A stretch of 62,864 nucleotides of DNA, the filler included, from Stramenopiles sp. TOSAG23-2 (lineage: Eukaryota), in assembly GCA_900128395.1 (NCBI GenBank). It is 12 parts of 12 records of this genome, joined end to end, with 100 filler letters (N's around TTAATTAATTAA, not from the genome) between each part and the next. Parts side by side here need not be neighbours in the genome. Positions count along the whole stretch, not along the records: positions 1 to 5,163 come from LT650714.1; positions 5,264 to 10,425 come from LT650715.1; 10 more parts are not named here. One strand, written 5' to 3'. Position 1 is the stretch's first letter. The number at the start of each line of letters is the position of its first letter. Shown here in pieces: positions 1 to 10,525 of the stretch. The notes beneath the pieces are model-generated. The model saw only the letters and a list, made by a program, of their open reading frames with translations, did no database searches and was not told the origin of the DNA. A program made the position numbers and the translations under genes.

Positions 1-555
1 TTGGGTATATTTTTTGAGATATATTTTGATAGGAATATTATGTACTTGTATCAATCGACACTACGACACCTAGGACAAAATCGTGCATTTGAGGCTGGAA
101 CTTGTAAAAAATCAAGAATTTCAATATCATTTTAGTCCTGCGTAGCAGGCACACACCATTACCTTCTTTCAGTTGCATGAGTTGTTGTATAAATCAAGAG
201 TATATTTTCATAATACCAAAGAAGGACGATTACTCCTGAATAGATATATACAGTATGGGTGTGTGTAAATCACAGTCACATGCACACCCCAGAGCAGCCC
301 CACCGCATATATTTCTTGATGAAGAGTGCAAGACCCTGAAAAAGACAAAAAAAATTTCATCGTCAATACACATATACAACAAGATTTTTTTTCACTTTTG
401 CATTTGTGTTGTTTTGTATTGTTTGTCTTTCGAAATAGCAGCAATAAAAAAATCAACACATCTGAAGGCGTTACACTTTCAAAAGCAATCATACGGAGTA
501 CAACGATTGTTTATGGCACGTTTTGCCTCGATATCATATATATTGCATATATTTC

Positions 556-2040
556 ATGTTTGAATCTCGATACGTTGCATGGACAAGCACAGGTGTATCT
601 GTCTGTTTCATTTCTTATCTTTTATATGATAAATTTTTTAAGAAGAAAAATGATTATGTCACCGAGTCTGAAAGGAATGCAGAAAAATTGACAAAAAAGG
701 AAGTTCTGGAGTTGAGACGGAAATTCTTCTGTGATGCGCAAAGTATTTCGTACGAAAATTCTAATCCCTTATTTGCGACGAGGGCGAAAGGTCAATACAT
801 ATACGATTCTGATGGAACAGAATATTTAGATACGAGGAATAACGTCGGCCATGTTGGTTGGCAAAATCCTATTGTTTTGAGTGCTATACAACGTCAGCTA
901 AGTAAAGTCAATTCAAACTCACGCTATATTCACAATTTTCGAGTTTTACTTGCAAAAAAGTTGACAGAGACTATGCCAAAAAAATTATGTCGTGTTTTTT
1001 TTGTCAATTCAGGCAGCGAGGCAAACGACCTGGCAATACGTCTCGCAACAACGCATACGGGCAAACAAGATATGATAGTAGTTGATCACGCCTACCATGG
1101 GCATACTGTTGCAACGCTTGAAGTAAGTCCGTATAAATATGAACATGCTGGTGGTAGTGGAAAAGCATCACATATACATAAGGTCCCTTGCCCAGATACT
1201 TATAGGGGATTGTACCGAGGTGTAAATGCTGCAATAAAATATGCTGACCATGTAAAGCGCGTGTGCGATGAAGTGGTTAAGCAACGTAGTAATGTGGAGG
1301 GAGGCGTTGCAGCATTTTTTGTGGAATCTGGGATGAGTGTAGGCGGTGTTATAATCCCCCCAAAGGGTTATTTGCAAAACTGTTATCAGCATGTTCATAA
1401 GTGTGGGGGCATTTGTATAGCGGATGAAGTTCAAGTTGGATTTGGTCGATTTGGGGAAGTATATTGGGGTTTTGAATTAGACGGCGTCATTCCTGATATT
1501 GTAACTATAGGCAAACCTTTTGGGAATGGTTTTCCTTTGGCAGCAGTTGTAACTACAAATGAAATTTCAAAATCTTTTGCAAATGGTTTAGAATATTTCA
1601 ATACTTTTGGTGGCAACCCTGTAGCATGTGCGGCTGGCATAGCTGTTATGGATGTCATCGAAACAGGGAAAATGCAAAGGCATGCGTCGAAAGTTGGTTC
1701 GTTTTTAAAAGAAAAACTGCTTGCTTTATCAAAGAAAGAAGTTGGTAATAAAATAGGAAATGTGCGTGGTAAAGGCTTGTTTCTAGGAATCGAATTTGTC
1801 AATGACAGACAAACGTTGGAACCCGCAACGAAATTGACATCCTTGCTTTGTTCAAGGCTCAAAGATAGGCACAACATTTTAACTAGTATTGATGGGCCAC
1901 ATAATAATGTGATAGTAATTAAACCTCCATTGTGTTTTTCCCAGGACAACGCAAGGTATTTAGTTAAAAAAATTGAATTTGAATTACAAAGCATCACGGA
2001 TGCTGATATAATTGATAATTTTACCCACACTGCAACCTGA
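556..2040 (+). CDS. Class-III PLP-dependent enzyme, ethanolamine-phosphate / phosphohydroxylysine phospho-lyase (ETNPPL/PHYKPL, AGXT2L) family
   Basis: Motifs NNVGHVG, FFVNSGSEANDLA, AYHGHT, DEVQVGFGR, PDIVTIGKPFGNGFP (PLP Lys) and EYFNTFGGNP. First in-frame ATG is at 556; the ORF track starts at a non-ATG codon (523). Confidence 0.9.
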   Translation: MFESRYVAWTSTGVSVCFISYLLYDKFFKKKNDYVTESERNAEKLTKKEVLELRRKFFCDAQSISYENSNPLFATRAKGQYIYDSDGTEYLDTRNNVGHVGWQNPIVLSAIQRQLSKVNSNSRYIHNFRVLLAKKLTETMPKKLCRVFFVNSGSEANDLAIRLATTHTGKQDMIVVDHAYHGHTVATLEVSPYKYEHAGGSGKASHIHKVPCPDTYRGLYRGVNAAIKYADHVKRVCDEVVKQRSNVEGGVAAFFVESGMSVGGVIIPPKGYLQNCYQHVHKCGGICIADEVQVGFGRFGEVYWGFELDGVIPDIVTIGKPFGNGFPLAAVVTTNEISKSFANGLEYFNTFGGNPVACAAGIAVMDVIETGKMQRHASKVGSFLKEKLLALSKKEVGNKIGNVRGKGLFLGIEFVNDRQTLEPATKLTSLLCSRLKDRHNILTSIDGPHNNVIVIKPPLCFSQDNARYLVKKIEFELQSITDADIIDNFTHTAT

Positions 2041-2529
2041 AATTAAAGCGTGTTTTTTTGAATCCATATTCCATATGGATAGTATCATATAAGTGGGACC
2101 CCGTTTTTCTGAGAGAGAGCTTTCAGTTGTCAAATAAAATGTTATTATACTAATAAGTACAAATTACACATATTTTACTATCAAAGATTTTATTCGAACT
2201 TAATTCTTTAATTTTATTTCGATTTTTACATGGTGTTTCGCAATCAAAACTGTAACTATTAGTAAACTAATACTGTACATTTAAGTTTTTTCTTTTCATT
2301 TAATGGTACGTTGATGGCAGATTCAGATCTGATCGACTGTATGATATGATACATGATATGATAAAAGACTTTTACCAATCATTACTGAATTTTACCAAGA
2401 CGTTCATTCTTGACTAATGCAAGAATGTATATTGTTTAACAACCATATCATACTACTCCTATCATACACGCTTATCAATATATATATAATATAATGTATA
2501 CCCTGTATTCATATTGTATTTTAAATACG

Positions 2530-5163
2530 TTAATGTAGTGGAGATGACGTGCTACTCATAGAAGAGTGTAGGCTTTCTTCCTCTTTTAAATGAGACTTGA
2601 ATGTTTCTAGCCTTTGCTTCAATACTACAACTTGCTTTAGTTTCCGATTTAACACGACCTCAAGTTCGTCTGCATATTTATCGATTTTCGCACCAGGCAT
2701 ATCCACCCTATTTAAAATGGACATTTCTTCCTTTACCAAATTCATCATGGAATGAATATGCTCTCGATGAGATGCGACCAAATCTTCTTCCTCCGACAAA
2801 ATTGTTGAGACTAATTCCTGGTGTTCTTGCGATAAGTCTTGCCGAGGCACATTTTCTACTTTATGTATTTGCTTGTCATTTGTACATTCGGCGGCTGAAA
2901 TCTGTATATCACTTGCATTTACTATTTTGAGCTTCTGTTGTAACTTTCGCTTCTCCTGTGAAAAAGAATCGATAATCAGAGACCCACTTGCAACCTCAGC
3001 TGTATCTTGTTGCTCCACACTAGTTGGTTTTAAATTACTTGCAGCAGATGAAGTTAGAGCAGAAAAATGTTTAGAAATAATGGATTTATTATCACCGCCC
3101 TCCTCCTCCGTAAAACCACATTCCTTTGCAGACAACGCGTCTAAGTTAGATACAGACGAGCTTTCAGTAGCTTCGGAATATGTGCGCCCATTCTTTTTCG
3201 GCCTTCCCCGAGTCAAACTATGACGGTGGGCTACGTTGTCTATGTTGGTACGGGAATCGCTTCTATTGCCACCAACTGTAGTAGTAGGCGCTGTTTCCTT
3301 TTCTGTACGATTAGGGTATGCACGCAGTAACAAGCGTTGCCTTATTTTCCTGCCGCTTACATCCGAGGATATGTTGCTCTTCCTAACACCAAAATCCCGG
3401 TTCAGATCAAGACTACCGTTTGCGCGCCGTGAATGGTTTGAATCTTTACCAATCTCTTTCACTCGATAGCCGTAACGCAATGTATTCAAAGTATGTTCAC
3501 AGTTCCCCATATTTGGTGAAATTGTCACTACCATCACCGTGCGACCATTCCCAGTAAATGAATCCTTAAGCACTTGGGTTAACTTACTTCCGCGAAATGG
3601 TGTATGATCTTGCTCGTGATATAGCGCACGAATACATTCTTTCAAAGCAAGGAGACTCTTGTTGATTTCTGCACCTTCCATTCTCGTTTGCCTATCTGCA
3701 TGGGTTGTATCTTGGCCTCTTTCACTACCAGCTAAATCAATAAAAGATATTTTACCTCGACCCCTTCCTGTGATAGAGTCTTTTAAAACTATTTGGAGAA
3801 CCGCATGCGATCTAGATGAATCTAAATTGGCCCCTGTTGTACCTGTTGACCGCGCGTCGTGACCTCGTTTCATAAGTTTGAATAAATCCTCTACTTGCAC
3901 AATCGTTACTTTTCGAAGACCAACAATATTTGCATGCTTTTTCCCATCCTCTAAGCACCTGAGTTTTCTTCTCTCATTTAGTAAATCAAACAATTTACCT
4001 CCATAAATTTCGAAAAACGACACACAAACTTGATATTGTCGAAACTCGGGGCTCCTAATTTTTTCAAACATATCTTTTACTGCTAGTTCGTAGAGTCCTG
4101 GGATACGTTTAGGTCGATGGCGGCCATCGGCGTCCGGTCCCATCATCGTAAATGTTTTACCACTCCCAGTTTGGCCATAAGCAAAGCAAGTTGCTTTCGC
4201 CCCATTAAGTACCGCTTCAACTAGTGGCTTACATGTGCGCTCGTAGATATCTTCATTCCCAGATTTATCATCGAAAGTCTCATCGAAGGCAAACGAATGT
4301 GACTCAACATATCGGGTCATATCGACTTTGACTCTAGGCTCATGCAAAATCAATTCTCTATTTTTGATTTCAATTACATCTACATCACCCCGAGATTTTT
4401 CTTTCCTACTCATTGGTCTCTTTCGTACAACAACACGAATTTTAGAAGCTAGATCTATGTTAGTGTCAAAACAATTTTGCCCAGTCGGCTGAGTCGTCGA
4501 TGAATTCATTTTTCTTTGCAGGGGTACACGTGGTTTTACAGCCGAGACATTGCTCATCATTTGTGTTTCGCTTTTTCTACCAACTAATTTTTTAGTCAAT
4601 GCAAGCTCGTCTTTTTCTTCGTAGTATGTGCCATCAATTGCACTGTCCAAAGAGTGGCGTACTTGTCTTTTTTTTCTACTTAGGGTAGCAGAAGGGTCTA
4701 AATCAATCTTGACACCTGCTGTGTTTGGTCGTAGAGGCAACTTACATGAATTGTTCCTATTATGTTTTGGTACTATATCTTGAACAGAGCAACAATTATC
4801 CTTTTTGTTGTATTTTTCATGTATTGCGAACTCTTGGACAATCCCTTCTCCCACATTTTCATCACGTTTCGACGATCCCTGCACTACGGTGTCTCTTTTC
4901 ACGTATTTATCTATATCGAGACTACACCGACTAGATTTTGCAGCAGCAGACAGTTTCCCAGTTTCAACGCTCAAGTTCACTCCAGGAAGCTTTTTGTTTA
5001 CCCGATTCGAAACTGTATAAGGAGTTTTCGACGTACCATCGTGCAAACTACCTTCTCCATTTCTTTTAACAGCCCGCGCGGCCATTCGAACCCTCTGAAC
5101 TAATTCAAAGAGACGCTTTCTATCTGCAAGGACCGTTATTTGTAGGGTATCATAGTCCTGGAA
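2530..5163 (-). CDS. KIF24: Kinesin-13 microtubule depolymerase with N-terminal SAM-domain remnant (KIF24-like), 5'-truncated at the contig end
   Basis: Internal motor with IRVVVRKRP, the kinesin-13 KVD loop (EPRVKVDMTRY), GQTGSGKT, SSRSH, DLAGSERG and HTPFRGSKLT, plus a C-terminal coiled coil. The frame stays open 5086-5163 (FQDYDTLQITVLADRKRLFELVQ). Confidence 0.88.
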   Translation of the reverse strand, partial: FQDYDTLQITVLADRKRLFELVQRVRMAARAVKRNGEGSLHDGTSKTPYTVSNRVNKKLPGVNLSVETGKLSAAAKSSRCSLDIDKYVKRDTVVQGSSKRDENVGEGIVQEFAIHEKYNKKDNCCSVQDIVPKHNRNNSCKLPLRPNTAGVKIDLDPSATLSRKKRQVRHSLDSAIDGTYYEEKDELALTKKLVGRKSETQMMSNVSAVKPRVPLQRKMNSSTTQPTGQNCFDTNIDLASKIRVVVRKRPMSRKEKSRGDVDVIEIKNRELILHEPRVKVDMTRYVESHSFAFDETFDDKSGNEDIYERTCKPLVEAVLNGAKATCFAYGQTGSGKTFTMMGPDADGRHRPKRIPGLYELAVKDMFEKIRSPEFRQYQVCVSFFEIYGGKLFDLLNERRKLRCLEDGKKHANIVGLRKVTIVQVEDLFKLMKRGHDARSTGTTGANLDSSRSHAVLQIVLKDSITGRGRGKISFIDLAGSERGQDTTHADRQTRMEGAEINKSLLALKECIRALYHEQDHTPFRGSKLTQVLKDSFTGNGRTVMVVTISPNMGNCEHTLNTLRYGYRVKEIGKDSNHSRRANGSLDLNRDFGVRKSNISSDVSGRKIRQRLLLRAYPNRTEKETAPTTTVGGNRSDSRTNIDNVAHRHSLTRGRPKKNGRTYSEATESSSVSNLDALSAKECGFTEEEGGDNKSIISKHFSALTSSAASNLKPTSVEQQDTAEVASGSLIIDSFSQEKRKLQQKLKIVNASDIQISAAECTNDKQIHKVENVPRQDLSQEHQELVSTILSEEEDLVASHREHIHSMMNLVKEEMSILNRVDMPGAKIDKYADELEVVLNRKLKQVVVLKQRLETFKSHLKEEESLHSSMSSTSSPLH

Positions 5164-5263
5164 NNNNNNNNNNNNNNNNNNNNNNNNNNNNNNNNNNNNN
5201 NNNNNNNTTAATTAATTAANNNNNNNNNNNNNNNNNNNNNNNNNNNNNNNNNNNNNNNNNNNN
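5164..5263. other. Artificial contig linker
   Basis: N44-TTAATTAATTAA-N44, identical at all 11 junctions. Confidence 0.99.
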
Positions 5264-5600
5264 CATATACACAGCACTGAATATAAATATTTATCATTAA
5301 ATAATACACTAATTTCGCGTAATAAATTTTAAGTATTTTCCCTAATTTTAAGGATTTTAAAAAAATGTTGATAGGAAGCCAAAAGTGGTGGTCTAAGCTC
5401 TCAGCCTGTCTATATATATAATATTACCGACGAACGTTCGTATATTTGTGTGTGGGTATTTAAAATATACAAATTTGTACTGCGGAGTCGTATTAATGTA
5501 CACGTATGATATGAATACTCCATGTACACAAAAAGGGAGATATTAGTATGATAGTGTAATATTACTTCCGTATAATATTATATGCGTATAATATGTTTTT

Positions 5601-7466
5601 TTACAACTCCTGATTTTCATCATCGCCCCAGTCCAATATTCTATCTTTCAATTGTTGTCTTTCCCATCCTAATGGATGTGATACACAGCGTAAAAATGGG
5701 CAGACACGGTCTGGACCAACTGTAAACGTAGCAACTCGCTCAATGTAATCACCTAATATTAATCCTACAATACCAGTACTATGCTTTCCATTTTTATCAC
5801 CTTTTCTCAATATTTGATTCAATGTAATGATAATATGATCAACAATTTTTTTACTATGATCTTCTAATTGTCGAAGTTCTACAGCATTGAATGAATGTTG
5901 TTTTGGACAACGACCATGATCCCAAAATTGACATGTATTAAAACCAGGCATTCTTTCAATTAATCCCATTTTTACATAACGAGATTCCACAATTTCTGCA
6001 ATAAATTGATATATAGAAGGCGAACCAGTCTGTTTCTTTTTCACAGATACATGATCTATTGCTGCTATAGCATTCCATTTAATGCGAAATGCATTTGTAT
6101 TGCATTTTAATTTTAAATGTTTAATTATAAACCGTAAATATAAGGAGGAAGCTGCTGCTTTATCTTTGCCTTTAGCTTCAACTAAAAGCTTTGGTAAATT
6201 TAAATCGTTTAAACTAGTTGACATGTCCGTCTCTATTGCTTTGGACCATGTATTAATCCCAATGCTTGCTTGTAGTGTTTCAACACGATGCCACCAAAAA
6301 GGTGGTATGTATAATAAATCACCAGGTTCAAGATCAGCATATCCATAGCTTTTGATTTTATTTTCTTGTACTTGTGTTAAAAATCTTTTTGTTTCTGGAT
6401 TTATAATTTTTTCATCATGTTCGTAATAAATGTATTGACTTTGTCTATCACGAGGATGATAAAATGGATGTACACATAAATGATTCCATTGATTGGGATG
6501 GAAAATTACAAAACGTTTTTTACCAATAATTTGAGCGAAAAAATTATGATCTCGGTCATAATGTGCACTTGCTGTAATATTAGTTCCCGTTAACCAAAAA
6601 TGTACATCGCCTATTGGCATCATTGTTGTTGAAGAAGAATCTTTTTCATTATTATTATTAGTATTATTAGTAGTAGTATCATTAATAGTATTTTTATCTT
6701 CCGTATTATTTTCATTGTCATGATTCCATTTATCAATAACATTTCGAAATTGTAAAAATGTTCGTGGTTCTGCATCTTGTAATAATATATCAAGTTCTTT
6801 TGCTTCGGATAAACGACGACTAAAATAATAATATTGCTTCCGCTTTCTTTTTTTATTTGCTTTTTTCTTATTCTTCTTTTTATTATTATTTTCTTCTACC
6901 TCTTTCTTCGCCATTATTGCTGTTTTTACTTTTTTATTGTTACCATTATTATTATTATCCTCCAACATACCACATTTAGTTAAATATTTATTGGTTGGCA
7001 TAGAAACTTTTTTATATTTTGTTGTACTTTTATAATTATCAAAAGATTTTGTTTTAGTGCCTGGATCTACATATTTGCCTAACATTCTACTTTTATCTTC
7101 ATAGACAAATGTAGGGTGTGAACTTTTACGAACACTATATACAGTAGGAATTGAATTTGTGATATAACTTGTGTTTTTCCATAATTTCATTGCTTTCCAA
7201 TTTGTAATTGGAGAATTTTTAATGATAACCGGCCTACGTTTATTTGTCAATTTTTTCAAAGCATAACTCCATTTGATCGTATCCGACATATTATTATTAT
7301 TACTAGTGATGGATGACAATAATTTATCCCAAGTAATACTATTAATTTCTTCATTTAATTGAAACCAATTATTATTACCATTTATTATATACATTTGATT
7401 ATTAAATATCATCACTAGGATGATAATTATTTTCATATAATGTTGAATGTTTGTAAATTCAATCAT
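5601..7466 (-). CDS. JmjC (cupin-like, FIH/JMJD-type) 2-oxoglutarate/Fe(II) oxygenase, possibly in the secretory pathway
   Basis: RRPVIIKN..W.AMKLW start of domain; HxD in SAHYDRDHNFFAQIIGKKRF; distal His in LEPGDLLYIPPFWWHRV; hydrophobic N-terminus; C-terminus NQEL. Confidence 0.85.
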   Translation of the reverse strand: MIEFTNIQHYMKIIIILVMIFNNQMYIINGNNNWFQLNEEINSITWDKLLSSITSNNNNMSDTIKWSYALKKLTNKRRPVIIKNSPITNWKAMKLWKNTSYITNSIPTVYSVRKSSHPTFVYEDKSRMLGKYVDPGTKTKSFDNYKSTTKYKKVSMPTNKYLTKCGMLEDNNNNGNNKKVKTAIMAKKEVEENNNKKKNKKKANKKRKRKQYYYFSRRLSEAKELDILLQDAEPRTFLQFRNVIDKWNHDNENNTEDKNTINDTTTNNTNNNNEKDSSSTTMMPIGDVHFWLTGTNITASAHYDRDHNFFAQIIGKKRFVIFHPNQWNHLCVHPFYHPRDRQSQYIYYEHDEKIINPETKRFLTQVQENKIKSYGYADLEPGDLLYIPPFWWHRVETLQASIGINTWSKAIETDMSTSLNDLNLPKLLVEAKGKDKAAASSLYLRFIIKHLKLKCNTNAFRIKWNAIAAIDHVSVKKKQTGSPSIYQFIAEIVESRYVKMGLIERMPGFNTCQFWDHGRCPKQHSFNAVELRQLEDHSKKIVDHIIITLNQILRKGDKNGKHSTGIVGLILGDYIERVATFTVGPDRVCPFLRCVSHPLGWERQQLKDRILDWGDDENQEL

Positions 7467-8147
7467 GGTGTGTATGTGTGTGAGTTTGCGTTTGTATTTT
7501 TATACATGTATGTATGAATATATATTTGTAATGGATGTGAAGGATGCGATGATTGTGTTGTGGATAAATCTATATTGATTTGTTCAAAAATTATTATACG
7601 CGTGGCACATTTTTTGTACAAAAAAAAACTCTTCTCTCTAAAAAACAACCAACTTTTAAGGGTGTATAGATAGTGGATTGCTAGAGCTCATCTTCTACCA
7701 CCATTGCAAAAATAGTGAAACGACAAAGGCATAAAAAAACACTTAAATATTCTAATGCCATTATATTTCCATCGTGTATTAATGAAATTGAAATTAATGA
7801 CTGTGTTTTATTTGGCTGTGGCTGCTGAATTTAGCAGAGAACCAACCCGCAGGTGCGCAGGCCACAGCATTGTGCCAGCCTAACACCGTGGTAAGGCCTG
7901 CTACGCATGGAGGCCGTTTTGCCCACTGTATAATTTTAGATCCATCGACTCTTGAGCGTTGGTTATGTCAGTTAATTTTTGGTTGTAAAAATTTGAGTTT
8001 AATCAAAAAAATATACGATATATTTATTAATACATATAAGAACAATTCGGACAAAATAGAAACTATCATACCATATAGTTTATAATAGAGAACAAGATAT
8101 AATTATATATATACATAGTTATATATAGTTATTGCAAGTATTAGAAT

Positions 8148-10425
8148 ATGCAGCATCGTGTCGTTACCGATTATTCCAATGTGAAAGGAAATGAGACGGT
8201 TAAAGTTTTTGTTCGTTTACGTCCTCCTGAAGATGGAAGTAATGTTAGTAAACAACATATTAAAGATTTAGATAAAAATAATAAAATTACAATATTAGAT
8301 CCAAGGGATCAAACGTCGCATACAGGGAATGAACATACGTTCGCATTTAATGAAGTGTTCAATGTTGAAACAGATCAAGAAAGTATCTTTTCACAAACTG
8401 CTGAACCATTAGTAACACAAACTTTGCGTGGTTACAATACTTGTTGTTTCGCATATGGTCAAACCGGTAGTGGTAAAACGTATAGTATGTTTGGTCCACC
8501 AGGGGATGATACAGTTGGTATTATTCCACGTGCAGTAAATGATGTATTCCAACGTTTAGTACAAATACAAGAGGACAAAGAAACCGCTGTAGTCGTTAGT
8601 TTTTTAGAAATGTATTGTGATCAAATTCGCGATTTAGGAAAAGCATATTTAGACAAAGATAGTGGAAGTGGGGATAGTGGTAGTAGGCAAACAACGACGG
8701 ATTGGTATGAGGAAAATAAGCGTAGGCAAGCAGGTAAATATAGACCTGGTAGTCGTGGCAATTCTGGCAGTAGAAACGGTGCACGTAGCAAAACGCCAAA
8801 CAAGAAATCGGTTGGTATTAGTGGAACTAGGTTTGCACGGCGTGGTGTTGGTTTAGCAACTGCATCTGAATATGTATCGCAAGATTTAACTATTCATGAA
8901 GACTCTATGGGAAACGTTTTTGTGAAAGATTTAAGTGTTATTCCTGTATCAACACCGGAAGAATGTTTAACTGTTGTACAAATGGGTTTCAAATTACGTG
9001 CAACACATGAAACAAAAATGAATGCAGTGTCATCTCGTTCCCATACCGTATTTACATTGACGATTGTTCAAAAAGATCGTATAACCGGGGAAACAATTAC
9101 GGGTATGTTAAATTTAGTGGATTTAGCTGGTTCAGAACGTTTGCATAAAAGTGAAAGTACTGGACAACGTATGAAAGAAGCATTAGCAATCAATGGTAGT
9201 TTAACTGCATTGGGTAAGGTTATCATGGCATTAGATCCTGGTAGCAAAGGTTCGCATATTCCATATCGTGATAGTAAATTAACTCGTTTGTTGCAAAATA
9301 GTCTGGGAGGAAACAGTTACACGGCATTGTTGGCCACGTTGCATCCTCAAGAGAAACATTATGAAGAATCATTAAGTACGTTGCAATTTGCAAATCGTTG
9401 TAGGAACGTAAGAAATCAACCACGTGTTAATTATATTGATCAAGGTGGCCCGGATAGAGAAAAAAGATTGAAAAAGTTAATGCAAGAACTGCAAACCTTA
9501 AAACGACAATTATCAAGCATGGAAGCAAGGCATCAAGCGCAAGTAATGGCATTGATGGCTGATTTAGGCATTGAAGGCGAATTGATGCCAGATGGACGAT
9601 TTCAAACTGCGAATGGGGAAGTATTAGGTATCACAGCAACTGCTGCCAATGGTGCTGTGGAGGAAAGTGGTGGTGTCCCTGGATCTCCTGAGGAACTTTT
9701 CAATTCCACTAGTGGCGGTGGCAAGGGTGGGCGTAGAGGTCGAAGTGGAAGTGTTGGTGGTAGAGGTGCACGCGCTTTGGCTGGTGGAAAATTAGGTGGC
9801 GCAGGAATCGCTTCTCAATTGAAAAAACAATTGGCAAGTGAAAGTCGTGATAAAGAAAAATTCAAGCAAAAAATGCACGCTTTTAAAAATGAATTAGATG
9901 CATTGAAAGAGAAATACGAATCAGATTCCGATCGATTAAATACCCATGTCAAACGACAACATGATCAAATATTAAATTTAACGGAAGAATTGCAAGAATT
10001 ACAAGGCGGTGCATCTGCACAGTTAGAATTAGAACGCCAAAGACATAAAGATGAAATTGATATGGTTGTCAATAATAATAAAATTTTATTAGCAAAAACA
10101 GCTGAGCGGTTGAAAGATGTTCCTAAAAGTTTACATGTTAGCAGCGAAGTTTTAAGAGAATCACGTGCAGCTGCTGCAAAGATGAAAGCACAGACAGAAG
10201 CTCAATACAATAAATTAATAGACGAATTAAATAAATCTCATGATTTAAAATTGGAAAATATGAAACAACAATACGATTTCTTAGCATCTAAGAAAAAATC
10301 AGAGCAAGAAAAATTCGTAGAAGATTTTAATAAATATTATGCAAAAAAAAGTAATGAATTAAGTGAATATAAAAACGAATTAGTCATGTTGTACAACCAT
10401 TGCAACATGTTGTCCACCATAGTTA
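8148..10425 (+). CDS. Kinesin with N-terminal motor and coiled-coil stalk, family unassigned, 3'-truncated
   Basis: VKVFVRLRP, FAYGQTGSGKT, SSRSH, LVDLAGSER, HIPYRDSKLTRLLQ, followed by a heptad-rich tail running into the linker. Confidence 0.93.
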
Positions 10426-10525
10426 NNNNNNNNNNNNNNNNNNNNNNNNNNNNNNNNNNNNNNNNNNNNTTAATTAATTAANNNNNNNNNNNNNNNNNNN
10501 NNNNNNNNNNNNNNNNNNNNNNNNN
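10426..10525. other. Artificial contig linker
   Basis: N44-TTAATTAATTAA-N44. Confidence 0.99.

Noticed and set aside
1431..2030. Long antisense ORFs (also 28390-28965, 43873-44208, 60773-61156 and similar)
   Set aside because: Shadows of well-supported genes on the opposite strand, with no motifs of their own
5208..5219. TTAATTAATTAA as a biological motif, and ORF ends reading LIN or N after X runs
   Set aside because: Part of the synthetic linker
2530..10425. Two kinesin genes close together as a cluster
   Set aside because: They lie on different contigs separated by a linker
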